The notes beneath the pieces are model-generated. The model ran no database searches and was not told where the DNA came from. It worked only from the letters and a program-made list of their open reading frames with translations. DNA of 64,000 nucleotides from Dimorphilus gyrociliatus (Eukaryota; Animalia; Annelida), in the NCBI GenBank assembly GCA_904063045.1, contig CAJFCJ010000006.1:4542408-4606407 (forward strand). The letters run 5' to 3'. Positions 26,858 through 37,185 of the stretch are shown one piece after another; position 1 is the first letter of the stretch; the number at the start of each line of letters is the position of its first letter. Made by a program: the position numbers and the translations under genes.

Positions 26858-27306
26858 CTTTCTTTCTTTCTTTCTTTTTCAGTCTCGCTCCGTCTCCGTC
26901 TCTATCTCTACCTCTGTTTCTCTTACTTTTTCTCACTGGCTATCCCGTTCTCTTTCTCTTTTGTCTGATTTCAAAAGTCAAAGAATATGATACTTACGAC
27001 GTCTATGATCTGAGTAAGTTTAAGTTCAATTGTGATACGGGGAACGTCAGTCTCCTTCGCCACAGGTCTTATTAGCTTGTTATACGAACGATTATTGAAT
27101 AAATGGCTGTATAATTTCTTTGTTGTCTTGTAAATTGACTCTCCTGGAAAAGTGTAATTTTCACACTTTGGTCCACTTCCTTGAACAGCTCTTGGAAGGG
27201 AGTAGAGGAGGAGAAACACTAGTAGCACGGTATAGGAAAGCATTGAGAAGTTTACGCCAGGTGTAGGAAAAGATATAGCATGCCTTCTATCTGACTGCTC
27301 TGACAT
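24119..27306 (-). CDS. Nicotinic acetylcholine receptor, non-alpha subunit, cation-type, 6 exons
   Basis: Signal peptide, YNKLIRPV, DEKNQIMTTNIWLKQTW, WTPDIVVFN, Cys-loop CNMNVKFFPFDEQDC, SWTY, loop C without vicinal Cys, four TMs (REK at M2 start) and [14 protein letters not shown]. Start ATG 27306 or 27243. Confidence 0.93.
26818..26880. repeat. (CT)n/(CTTT)n polypyrimidine microsatellite in nAChR intron 1
   Basis: Direct reading of tandem CT and TTTC units. Confidence 0.85.
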
Positions 27307-27919
27307 TTGCAAACTCAGTATTATCTTTCAGTTTATCCTTATTGGAACGTTGCTCTCCATTACCGACGGAATAGTAACAATTTCAGATAAGGCTCTTCCT
27401 TTCCTCTCCGCCCGCCCCCTTTTTTTTCTATAATCAATTTAACGTTCGACTTTTCCAAGCTTGTTCTTCTCCTTTCATACAGATGTTACACACTTACCAT
27501 CGATTTCTTTCAACTTCAACGGTAAGCGTGCCCGCTGTTTAATTGCTTTTATATCACTTTATTCGTCTATTCTACTGAGATGTCTGTATTATAACATCAT
27601 AAAGTTAGAAGGTAATACATATTCTGTATATAAATATATATAATAAATAGTTTTTTTTATATATACTGCATACTGTAGATCAGTCAGAGGTGTTGCAGGC
27701 GTTAGCCGTCTTTCTCCGCTATATGTACAATAAATATAGAAAAGCGCGCGAAAAAGTCGTCGGCGAATAGGCGTTTGTTTGCTAGTAGTTGATTTATTCC
27801 GCGTACAGCAATTGGTGGCAGCCGAGCAACTGACCATCACTCAAACTCGGCCAGCCGACCGTGCTCTAGCCTTCTCTTCTCTCCCTCTCTCATTTTTTTA
27901 ACGCTCGTCTTTTGCCCCC

Positions 27920-27929
27920 TGCGCATGCG
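27920..27929. promoter_or_regulatory. NRF1/Ewg-like site TGCGCATGCG in the divergent nAChR promoter
   Basis: Matches the TGCGCATGCGCA consensus over 10 bp, in a CpG-rich patch between the two nAChR starts. Confidence 0.45.
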
Positions 27930-28316
27930 TGTCTAAAGCTGCGAGGAGGAATTTTTCTTTTTTTTATTTTTTTTCTCTCTCTATCTGTCTATTTGTCGCT
28001 CTATCTATCTCTTTCTTTTTTGAATCTCTATATCTCGATTTTATATGTGAATTCTTATATATAGAAGTATAAATATAACTATATATTTATATTTATATAT
28101 ATATATATATATTTATAAATATAATTATTAATATCTATTTATGTATTTAAATATTGCATATATATGTTAAGATAATTATATTGTATACTATTCTTTTATG
28201 TTATCTATCTGTTATATATTGATATATATATATATTCATATATATCTCCTCTTTCTTTCGATTTCTTACCACTATTGAAGAGAAGAGAACAAGAGCGAGA
28301 TAAGGAAAACCGAAAG

Positions 28317-28334
28317 CAGCAGCAGCAGCAGCAG
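28317..28334 (+). repeat. (CAG)6 in the 5' region of the alpha nAChR gene
   Basis: Six CAG units read directly. Confidence 0.85.
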
Positions 28335-28483
28335 TGACAGAATATAGTAAAAAAAGGACTAGCAGAGAAAAACGACGACGAAGACGGCAAAAACATTGAG
28401 GGGGAAAGATACAGCTTTCTCGTATTCTTTTCTTTTGAAATTTTAAGAATCAAATCTTTGAAGGAGGAAAGAGGAGCAACGGA

Positions 28484-31312
28484 ATGAGCATAATATTACT
28501 CCTCCTACTCCAATTCGTCTACGTTAATCGGTCAGTGGCTCACAACGCTGCTAAACTTCTTTTTGACGAATTGATGAAAGGAAGAGACTACAACCGCTTA
28601 ATTAGACCAGTGAGAAATTCAACTGATATTCTTGATATTAAAGTGGGACTTCGATTGGCTCAGTTATTGGACGTGGTGAGTACATAAGCGCCCGCCTCAC
28701 CCGATTATTATTCTCTCCCTCCCCTGGACGAATTTCGCAATCAGCCTCCCTCCCCCACTATTAAGCCTTTTATAAAGTAGAGGATAACAAGCGCCGAGAC
28801 TTGAAGAAGATAAAAAGATTTGGAGGTGTCGAACCAATAAGAAGAACGAGTTAAAGAGAAAATGATAGGGAATATGGGATGGGTGGGAGAGTGAAGATTC
28901 GCGAGGTCTTGGGGCTATTTTACGCATGTTTAATTCAGTTGGAACGCGTTCTTCGTCCGCCTATTTAAGACGCGCGAGTAAATAAGCAGAACCGAAACGC
29001 TTTACTTATCCCCGAGGCCGATTCGATTAAGGCAGCCGTTTTTATAATCTATTCGACTATTATATATTTACGTATGTATATATATGTACATATATTCAAA
29101 GACGCAAGGTGTACTTTAAATTCGATTATTTTTCTCAAGAAGAGGAGAGAAACGTGTACGAAACAGCTGCAATTCGCATCGTCTGGCCACTTACTCATTC
29201 GCTCAGTCACTCCCTCCCTCATTCCCATAGTTCGGCCCTCTCCTAAATCGTTCTTTCTTTCCCTTTCCACCCCTTTTTACCATAGCAGGCCTACAACGGG
29301 ACGGTTGTTGCCTAGCCCATAGGGAAACGCCCTGGACGACGACGATAATATAGGCGAAAAAAGGGGCGTAAACAAAGATAGATGGAGGCCGACTTTAACC
29401 TATTCTCCGCTACCAATCGGGCGAGGCGAATAATAAAAAATATATAAAAAACAGAAATAACTTATAGACTAATTAATATATAGATTTTATTTGATCATTC
29501 TATGCTTTATGTACAATTGAAACCATAAATACAGGACGAAAAGAATCAAATCATTACTGCTAACGTCCTACTTATACAAGAATGGAGGGATACGAAACTG
29601 GGATGGAATCCCAGCCAATACGGCAACGTAACGAGGATAAATATACCGTCCGAAGATCTTTGGCTACCCGATATCGTCTTATACAATAAGTAATTTGCGG
29701 TCGAATTCCCTCCTATATATTTATATACATTCCTTTGTAGAACAGATATATATATATATATAAATACAGTATATATACTGTAAAAAGAAATTCATATAAA
29801 TACTAAATAGGATAAAGCGTTTTCTCTTCAATAATCAATAATCGTACTCGTATTAACAGCGCCGATGGCGACTACACAATTACTCTACGTACGAAAGCAA
29901 CCGTTTCATGGGACGGTACTATACTTTGGGAGCCACCGGCCGTCTTTAAATTCCAATGCGAGATTAATATTGAATACTTTCCGTTCGATCAGCAAGTCTG
30001 CAAATTGAAATTTGGTATATGGTCGTATGACGGAACCCAAGTAGATTTAAAGCATATTTGGACTGAGTTATTACACAGAGGAGAAGAGGATTGTATAAAG
30101 AGCGGAGTAGATCTAGATGGTTATTACCCTAATCAAGAATGGGATCTTATGGGCGCTCCTGCAAAAAAGACTCGCATGTAACAATTATTCTAGCCTATTA
30201 TATTTTCCGTATCAGCAATTATTATAGTTTAAGGGGGGGTTGCTTTTTTTTTCGATTTACAGTAAATATCCTTGCTGCGCAGAAGTGTACCCGGACGTGA
30301 CCTTCTGGATAAAGATAAGGAGAAAGACGCTGTTTTATACGTATAACTTGATTATACCCTGCGTCTGTATCAACATTCTTACAGTTCTCGTCTTCTATCT
30401 CCCCGCGGATAGTGGAGAAAAGATAAGCGTTTCTGTTACCATCCTGCTCTCTTTAACTGTCTTTTTCCTGCTCCTAATTGATTTGATACCTCCAACGTCC
30501 AGATTCGGTATACCTCTGATGGGGAAATATTTACTCTTTACTATGGTTCTACTAATATTGTCTATAGTGCTATCAGTTATTAATTTAAATTTAAGATATC
30601 GCTCACCAACGTCTCATTCAATGCCTCCTTGGATAAGTGCAGTGTTTCTCGATTTTCTACCTCCAATACTTTTAATGAAACGCCCTAGATCAAAGAAAGA
30701 GGCATCTATATGGAAAGATGAAGAGTATGTTCTTGGTCGAAAGCGGATGCACGATCGCCGCTTTAGGCAAGAGGAAATTGTCTACGGAGATGATGATGTA
30801 GACGAGGAGGATGGGCTAAATAGAGTTAGTTCAACATTCGTTGGAGTACCCCGGGAAAGAATCCAGTTAGCGAATAAATTGTGTAAAGAATGTAACGTTC
30901 CAATCAGGAATCGGCGCGGCAATTATCCGGCGAACGTGCAAAAGGCGATCGATGGTTTGTTATTTGTCACTAAACATCTAAAGGATGACGATTCCCAAAG
31001 ATTGGTAAGAGAATTTTTACCGACAGTTTATTATCGATTAATCGTAATTAGTAATGACGTTTTTCCCATGTTTTTTTTTAATTTTCCCCCTTTTTTTCTA
31101 TTTAGGAAAGAGAAGAATGGAAATACGTAGCATTGGTTATCGACAGGCTCTTCTTTCTCGTCTATACATCACTTGTCTGCGTTTGTAGTCTGTCGTTACT
31201 ATTGCAAGCGCCCTCTTTATTCAATTCAGCTGTTCCGATTAATTCGACAGTCTATACGGATAAACTTTTTACCGACTCTAATAAAGTAGATCTTAAGTGC
31301 CCCAATGCTTAA
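28484..31312 (+). CDS. Nicotinic acetylcholine receptor, alpha subunit, cation-type, 5 exons
   Basis: Signal peptide, [22 protein letters not shown], Cys-loop [21 protein letters not shown], loop [11 protein letters not shown] (vicinal Cys), GEK before M2 and [14 protein letters not shown]. The loop F insert and post-M4 QAPSL resemble protostome neuronal subunits. Confidence 0.95.
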
Positions 31313-31950
31313 ACAAAAGACAAACAACAAGTTTATATTTATGTTGGAATAAATATCCTTAATTTAGTTATTAACAAACTACATACGAAGGATAAAATAT
31401 AATGCGAATGTATTTAGAGGAATTTGCTTGACCTCTTTACCCTATTATCCTCATCTTACTTCCTTCTTCATTTCCTCGACCTTCACTCCTCCATATTAAC
31501 CCATACTGTTAATTCTCCTTCACTCACCCTATTACTTACGCTTTCTCGATTCCTTCAAGCAGTGTAAGACCTCTCTCTTTCCTTCTCTTTACCTGTCTAT
31601 CTAACATACTCCAACCTATTACAAAAGTATACCCTATTCCTTATTAATCAAAAAGAAAGAGTGAAAGGATTTTTTTCATTCGCATAGGCCTAAATATGTT
31701 TTTTTTTTCGACTTTTTAAATATTGCATTGTTAGCTTCATATTCTAAGTACGAAAATGAGCATGATATTACTACATTAGTAGTAGTTTAAAGTGCGATTT
31801 TACATTTATGTACAATACGTATATACTGTATATACAGTATATAAAAGTATTAGTTGTATGTCTATGTATATACATATACCTGCATATTGTTTTGACAAGT
31901 AAACAACAAAGAATATAAAAGTTCCCTTATATTTTGTTCTCGTATCCTTT

Positions 31951-33390
31951 ATGTTTAATAGGAATCGATTGCTTGTACTTACGATCCTGCTTACTACTTT
32001 CTATGGATTACTGTCTATCTACAATGCATCAATTAACTCCTCACATCTATTAGAGAGGTTACAATCCCTTAAATTATCTAACAGACTTACACGAGAAATT
32101 CGTCCAGCTACAAAGACGTTAAATTTCTTTTATAAAAATACCAACTTAGAATTTAATTTTGTTAGATACAATTGCAAATTATGCAAATATGGATTACGAA
32201 TAGATAATGCTGGGCACTCAAGGAGTTCTAAGGATGTCAATCAATGCCTAAGGGATTGTTTAGAAATGAAAAATTGTCAAATATTTTCCTTTTTTGCAAA
32301 AAGATGCAAGATTTCACAATCAGTATGCGCCAGGAAAAAGGATCATTTACGTTTGAAAATGAGTAGTGATCTAATAAAAGGATGGGTGTCTTCTACTAAA
32401 TATATACGTACTTTTCCTGTTGGTTGCTTAAAAGCGGATTACATACTAAAATCCCAGACTAGGATATTACACCATTGTAGTTGGGATAAGAAGAAGCTCT
32501 TACCGATCACAACCTATGATGAACAATCGCACGATTGCATCATGCTCACAGGCGATAGAACCTATTATGAAGCGGTTGCACTATGTCATGCCTACGGTAT
32601 GCACGTGGCAAAAATAGACCAGGAACACAAAGCTCTAACAAAGTTAATTTCTAGCCAACTAGAGACCCCGGTGTACGTGTGGACTAGCTTAAGATTTATT
32701 CAAAAATCTCAACAATGGACTTGGCAACAGTCACGTTGGAAAGATAATCATAAAATTTCAACCAATAATCAACAATTTAATTATTTAGCACAGATTAATC
32801 ATTTACATAAATATTGCTTTAAAGTTCGAATAACTATAAACGGTGATTATAATTATACGATTGCTGATTGTAATGAGAGGTTGCCAACTATTTGCTGGAG
32901 ACCCTATTTTGGTAATTGGGGAGTTTGGAGTGAGTGGTATCCATGCCCACAAAAGGCTTGTAAATCGGTGGATAAAGAGAGGATTAGATTGTGTAATTCT
33001 CCGTTTCCATCTAAAGCAGATTGCGTCCCAAAATTTGGCAGGATAGGATTCAACGATATACGGATGGAAGTGACGAATAAACTAGATGATAAATTAGCCA
33101 ATGGATTAACTTTTATAATAGTTGTTGCTACGGTTACTGCTGTGTTTGGTATTAGTTTTTTCGGTTGGTTTCATGTATCACGAATTAGGAGGAAGTACGA
33201 GGAAGAGGAAGAGTTCGCCGATTTGTCAGTTTATAAAATGAGGTGGCAAAGTCATAACGCAGATAAATTCTCCTTTTGGAGTAATTTGCCTGTAGGCTCG
33301 ACTACAGTCAGTAGGAATTCCGATTCGTCAAGTTCGAGCGATTCAACGCTAACGATTAGCTCCAAGAACAGCGAAAAACGATTCAGGTAA
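31951..33390 (+). CDS. Intronless type I membrane protein: PAN/apple-like, C-type lectin-like, TSP1, TM and Ser-rich tail
   Basis: 479-codon ORF with hydrophobic N-terminus. CLRDCLEMKNCQIFSFFAKRC (PAN-like); TYYEAVALC...VWTSL...WTW...DC...LPTIC (CTLD); WGVWSEWYPC...RIRLCNSP (TSP1); TM LTFIIVVATVTAVFGISFFGWF. Confidence 0.8.
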   Translation: MFNRNRLLVLTILLTTFYGLLSIYNASINSSHLLERLQSLKLSNRLTREIRPATKTLNFFYKNTNLEFNFVRYNCKLCKYGLRIDNAGHSRSSKDVNQCLRDCLEMKNCQIFSFFAKRCKISQSVCARKKDHLRLKMSSDLIKGWVSSTKYIRTFPVGCLKADYILKSQTRILHHCSWDKKKLLPITTYDEQSHDCIMLTGDRTYYEAVALCHAYGMHVAKIDQEHKALTKLISSQLETPVYVWTSLRFIQKSQQWTWQQSRWKDNHKISTNNQQFNYLAQINHLHKYCFKVRITINGDYNYTIADCNERLPTICWRPYFGNWGVWSEWYPCPQKACKSVDKERIRLCNSPFPSKADCVPKFGRIGFNDIRMEVTNKLDDKLANGLTFIIVVATVTAVFGISFFGWFHVSRIRRKYEEEEEFADLSVYKMRWQSHNADKFSFWSNLPVGSTTVSRNSDSSSSSDSTLTISSKNSEKRFR

Positions 33391-33806
33391 TTCGATCAAC
33401 CAATCAACCAATTCCGGACACGTTCGACCGAATCAGAATGAAGGTTTAGTGGATTGTTGTCAAGGTCTTTTTTTTTTAAAGGAAAATAAAAATAAACAAA
33501 TAAACAAACAAAAAATCATACAAAGTCAACATTTTTTTGTAGCTATTTACTAGACCTTTTGCCTATTTTTTTGAGATTAAGAGTTCATATTTTTTTAAAA
33601 ACTTGCCAAAAGAGAAAGTAGAAAAAAAAGGATAAGAGGGAAAAGAGGTGAGTAAAAGTAGGAGTAGGAGTAGAAGTACTCGTAGAAGGCGGATCAAGGG
33701 CCAGAGATTTACAAACCAATAAAAGGAACTAATAAAACAATTTTACGCGTCTTTCTTCCACGTTCCTTCTTTCTTTCTTAATCTTTTCCCTCTCTTCATT
33801 CCCATT

Positions 33807-34330
33807 CTATAAACCCCTAACGAATTCTTGTTCGTTGTAAACGCCGTCTCGTCTCATTGCTCTATACATCTCCTATTGTGGGGAAAGTAAAAAAAAAACC
33901 AGAGTTATTCTTTAATCTAATTCTTTCTAGTTTTATTTATTTATTTATTTTTTGTTTTTTTTTTCAAGGTAATCCGTATTGTTATTATAACCTGAACCGT
34001 TAGTGGTAATCTGGAATTTACGTAGGAGCATAACCTATCCAATCTCTTGTTTATACCGTATATATAAAATTTTACAACAGCCATTTTTAGCGGGTCTTCA
34101 CAATTTTTAAAATCCATATTTATTCTTGACACTACTCCCGATATATAGTTTACGTATTTCTCTATTCGGACGAATAAATTGAAAGAGATTCCGTTTCTAT
34201 TCTGTAACTCCTCCGTGTACGATGCGTAATCTCGCCATCGAGGCGGATATCTAGACCTCAACGATCTCGATATATTATTTACAGCAGACGCGTCGGTCGC
34301 CTTATAAGTTAAACTATTGCCGGAAAACAT
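33807..34330 (-). CDS. Orphan 134-aa two-exon protein, candidate Gag/Arc-like capsid C-lobe
   Basis: Exon 1 33992-34330 (113 codons) ends CAG|GTTATA. A strong polypyrimidine acceptor (T10-ACTTTCCCCACAATAG) at 33873 adds EMYRAMRRDGVYNEQEFVRGL*. Capsid similarity judged by eye only. Confidence 0.5.
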
Positions 34331-34393
34331 ATTCTTTGTTCCTTTTATTTCTCTTTCTTCTTATTATTAAAAGGTTACTAAAAAAATAGAAGA

Positions 34394-34402
34394 AAGATGG
34401 CG
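34394..34402. promoter_or_regulatory. YY1-like AAGATGGCG motif upstream of the 134-aa gene
   Basis: Literal motif ~65 bp upstream of ATG 34330. The same motif occurs at 53929 and within INTS6 intron 2 near 7368. Confidence 0.35.
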
Positions 34403-35003
34403 CTCACTGACGTGGAACATACTCAGAATATTTCAGTCAAGTACTAGTTAGATCTAGTAGAGTAGTAACCTATTGAGTTCAATCGTCAAATATGCAGATT
34501 CTATAACAAAAACTACGCCTTCTTTGTCTTTTATTAACGGTGTATTATAATCAATATGTTAACAAAACTTGGCCGAAAATATTCAAGTTTAACGTCCATA
34601 ATTAAAATTTTCGGCTAGTCTCAGCCTGGTTGTATAAATTCACTCCCTTCCAACTTTTTTCCCCCAACAAATGTTTAGATTCCACAAATTAGTACTTGTA
34701 TTACTTTGCTTTCCTTTATTTACCATATGCTAGCTCCAGGAAAGAGTAATCCTAAATCCTTTCTAAAACTAGAAATGAGAGAATAAATTTTTTCTTTTAG
34801 CATTATCTCTTAATAGTATGAATATTTTTCATATCATAATTGGAATGTTTTCTTCTATATTCTCATTTCTCTTCCATACTACTTCCATAGCAAAGGAGAT
34901 TTAGAAAGTATGAATAGGAGTTGTGCGTGAGAAAATATTCGGATTAGCAAAATATAATAAAGACCTAAAGAATGAAAAATTAAGTAATAAAGAAAGACTA
35001 ATT

Positions 35004-36369
35004 CTAAATATCATAATGTCCATAGCGTTCTTTTCGATTTCCTCCGAGAAAGTTTATCCAATTCCAAAACAATCCTCTATCATTAGGATTATTTTTCTTC
35101 CTTATAAATAATATACAAGTTGTATAACCACGTATAGATGCTTGATGTAATTCTTGAGAAGTTGCATTTTGTGAAATCAAGAGAATTTGCTGCAGAAGAA
35201 TAAAAGATAAAAACGTTGTGAAGATAATCGTGTAAATGGCTGAAACAAAACATAACGCTGTTGGTAGATCTGCATACAAGTATCGGCAGTCATCAGGTAT
35301 TAGAAACCAGTCGTAATACATTTTTGGTGTGCATATTGTTGTAAGTGTTAAATGACTGCCATAATATCCAAGCAGAACTGAGAGCAAAAGGCCAAAAAAG
35401 AAAAAGCGATGATTATTATTTCCTACACATCGGTCTATCCATAAACAATGGTGACATCGAATTCTAACACAGATTCTGCAAATGGGACAATGACCAGATC
35501 GAGGAATCCTCCTTAAGTCGCATTGAGAACACCAAGTGTTTAATTTTCCATTTATAAATCCTCTTGAATCAGCCCAATTTACTTGGTCGCTATCTAAGGA
35601 TTTCGTAGACGCCCTATCAGTAATGCAGTCTGTAATATCTTCGTCTGACACTGCAAAACTATTTTTTAGTATGTGAGCAACTGGGTGACTTTCTGCAACA
35701 TGATTTTTCAGATAACTTTCATTTGATTTTTTGCTACTCTTCTGCAATACTCCAGGATCTTTACGAGCCCTGATTAAACAAATTAGCAATAAAGAAAACA
35801 GAATGACAACAACGATATTCTCCCATAATAGAATTTCTCTATATCCTATGACAACAAATTCGAAGGTATAAAACATAAGAAAGACAGATGTTAGGCCGAA
35901 TGTATAAAATATGTCTGTTCTTATTAATTTATCTCTAGTTAGGACTCTATAGAAAAAGTATATCATCAAAGGCAAAGTACAAAAGGAAAATGCTGTAAAA
36001 TATGGTCCAAGAGTTGCCAATAGGATGCTAGATGGGACCAATAATACTGGAATAGCAGTATCGAGACGAATTTGAATGGCTCCCTTTCCGAAGCACATGG
36101 GTAGCCGACATCTATCACCAATAGTATCAATCATATCGTTTAGCGTCTTCTGTGGAATTGGTTTACATCTAATACAGCTAAAATAAAATTTCCATTTTAA
36201 TATTTCTATATATTTGAACTAAGAAATTAATATGGTTGACTAACTGGTCACAACTTGAATCAAGGGCCTCGCAATCACAGCAACTGGCTAAAACATGACT
36301 TCTTTCTGAGTTTTTATCAACATATTCGCAGCAACATAATGGGTCTTTCGCAGATATTTTACCATACAT
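35004..36369 (-). CDS. ZDHHC23: ZDHHC23-family palmitoyltransferase-like protein with CHHC instead of DHHC, 2 exons
   Basis: N-terminal PLCCCEYVDKNSERSHVLASCCDCEALD is diagnostic of ZDHHC23. Cys-rich domain WCSQC...RSGHCPICRICVRIRCHHCLWIDRCVGNNNHRFF; multiple TMs. Confidence 0.92.
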
Positions 36370-36543
36370 TCGATGTAACTGTAATAGTTCAGAATTGGTG
36401 AATTAATGTTAGTGCAGACGAGAAATTTTTCCTAGGAATTGTACTTGTAGTTTCCTTATCAATAGATATGAACCGGTCGCCAATTGATCGGTAATTCAGT
36501 TTAGTTTCCTTTTACAAAAACCGGTTACCGGTGTTACTTCAAA

Positions 36544-36861
36544 ATGGCGGACGAACAAGAACAGGGTGTTGTTGCTTTGCAAAGCGTCGAAGAACCGCTT
36601 GATTTGGTAAGATTAAGTTTGGATGAAAAAATCTATGTTAAAATGAGAAATGGAAGAGAATTACGGGGTATTTTGCACGCTTTCGACCAGCATTTAAACA
36701 TGATTTTGGGAGACGTCGAAGAAACAGTGACTACAGTTGAAATCGACGAAGAAACGTACGAAGAAATGTATAAATCAAGCCGTAGAAAAATTCCAATGCT
36801 ATTCGTGAGAGGTGATGGTGTTATCTTGGTTTCACCACCAATGAGAACAGTTAACCAATAG
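36544..36861 (+). CDS. LSM3: U6 snRNA-associated Sm-like protein LSm3, intronless
   Basis: [60 protein letters not shown]...[17 protein letters not shown]. Confidence 0.97.
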   Translation: MADEQEQGVVALQSVEEPLDLVRLSLDEKIYVKMRNGRELRGILHAFDQHLNMILGDVEETVTTVEIDEETYEEMYKSSRRKIPMLFVRGDGVILVSPPMRTVNQ

Positions 36862-37185
36862 ATACACTGTTTTCTTGTTTTTTTTTTTGTAGTTCATTTT
36901 ATTGTTAAAAAAAATATACAAACCACTGTTGGGCACTAGTTTAATATATATGAAGACTGTTTTAAAACAAAAAAAAAGAAACTATAAATGCCTTCAGTGG
37001 ATTTTTTTCTACTATATCTGCGTTATAACACAACTATATATTGAACCGAATTTTGTTGTTCTATCAACTTGAAATAAACGGTAATTATCATCTAAAACTC
37101 AAGCATATTTACTTTTTAGGAACGTACTATCTAATATTGATTCCTTTACATTATATATATATATATCTGTTGACAAACTTAAGTA

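Noticed and set aside
31942-31950. GTATCCTTT, a U12-type 5' splice-site consensus
   Set aside because: It sits immediately before the ATG of an uninterrupted ORF, with no matching U12 branch point or upstream exon; likely chance.
28484-33390. Operon or polycistron of the alpha nAChR and the downstream receptor
   Set aside because: There is a 638-bp gap with AATAAA after the first stop and no trans-splice evidence in the sequence.
34397-34447. Plus-strand micro-ORF MALTDVEHTQNISVKY
   Set aside because: Sixteen codons only; the ATG is part of a YY1-like promoter motif and no downstream exon was found.
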